A program made the translations under genes and the position numbers. From Paraphysomonas bandaiensis (lineage: Eukaryota > Protista > Chrysophyceae): a stretch of DNA of 64,000 nt. Positions 63,857 to 64,000 of the stretch are shown here, piece by piece (the first letter of the stretch is position 1; each line of letters opens with the position of its first letter). Under the pieces are notes generated by a model. It worked only from the letters and a program-made list of their open reading frames with translations, did no database searches and was not told where the DNA came from. The stretch lies in the NCBI GenBank assembly GCA_965644295.1, contig CBFFRP010000297.1, forward strand, positions 558,001 to 622,000, read 5' to 3'.

Positions 63857-64000
63857 CTACAGATTACTTTTCAGCTGTTTCAAAAGTATCGCCATATTCG
63901 AGGCCTCTAAATCTCCACCGGATGTCAGCTGCAACAAAATTGGGCCGACAACAGCAGGATCAGATACCGCTGACCGTGGTATGCACACGCTCACTAAGTC
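63857..64000 (-). CDS. Probable 3' end of a gene entering from the right edge
   Basis: Open frame DLVSVCIPRS...MAILLKQLKSNL* in GC-richer sequence next to an AT-rich tract; no recognisable domain. Confidence 0.3.
   Translation of the reverse strand, partial: DLVSVCIPRSAVSDPAVVGPILLQLTSGGDLEASNMAILLKQLKSNL

Overview
Eukaryotic, gene-dense nuclear DNA with short GT-AG introns (about 45-110 nt). The gene set points to a flagellated stramenopile or similar protist; this is inference. Recognisable genes in order: an ASH-domain coiled-coil protein (runs off the left edge), casein kinase 1, a ubiquitin split by a GRDP-like insert, a cyclic-nucleotide-dependent kinase, a CC2D1-like C2 protein, a secreted RCC1/BLIP-like propeller, two tandem copies of a head-to-head pair of secreted unknown proteins, RPL38 (missed by the ORF track), a CENP-B/pogo HTH ORF, a CaMK-family kinase, NPHP4 with a ~1000-aa EF-hand insert, sorbitol dehydrogenase, mRNA cap guanine-N7 methyltransferase, a small hidden gene with an in-frame TGA, an OSCA/TMEM63-like channel with a SUEL-lectin loop, and DNAL1/LC1. 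Mobile DNA includes a 1500-bp hAT element with an 8-bp TSD, a 1.3-kb element with long inverted repeats, a fold-back copia integrase relic and two dispersed repeat families. Top candidates for new biology: (1) a cap methyltransferase with 22 Pol II CTD-like PTSP repeats; (2) a candidate ~62-aa selenoprotein; (3) the split ubiquitin; (4) the EF-hand NPHP4; (5) the duplicated secreted pair with a hypervariable cationic N-terminus; (6) near-universal divergent gene pairing with a shared ACAGCAGTA promoter motif. All family calls come from motifs recognised by eye; no searches were run.
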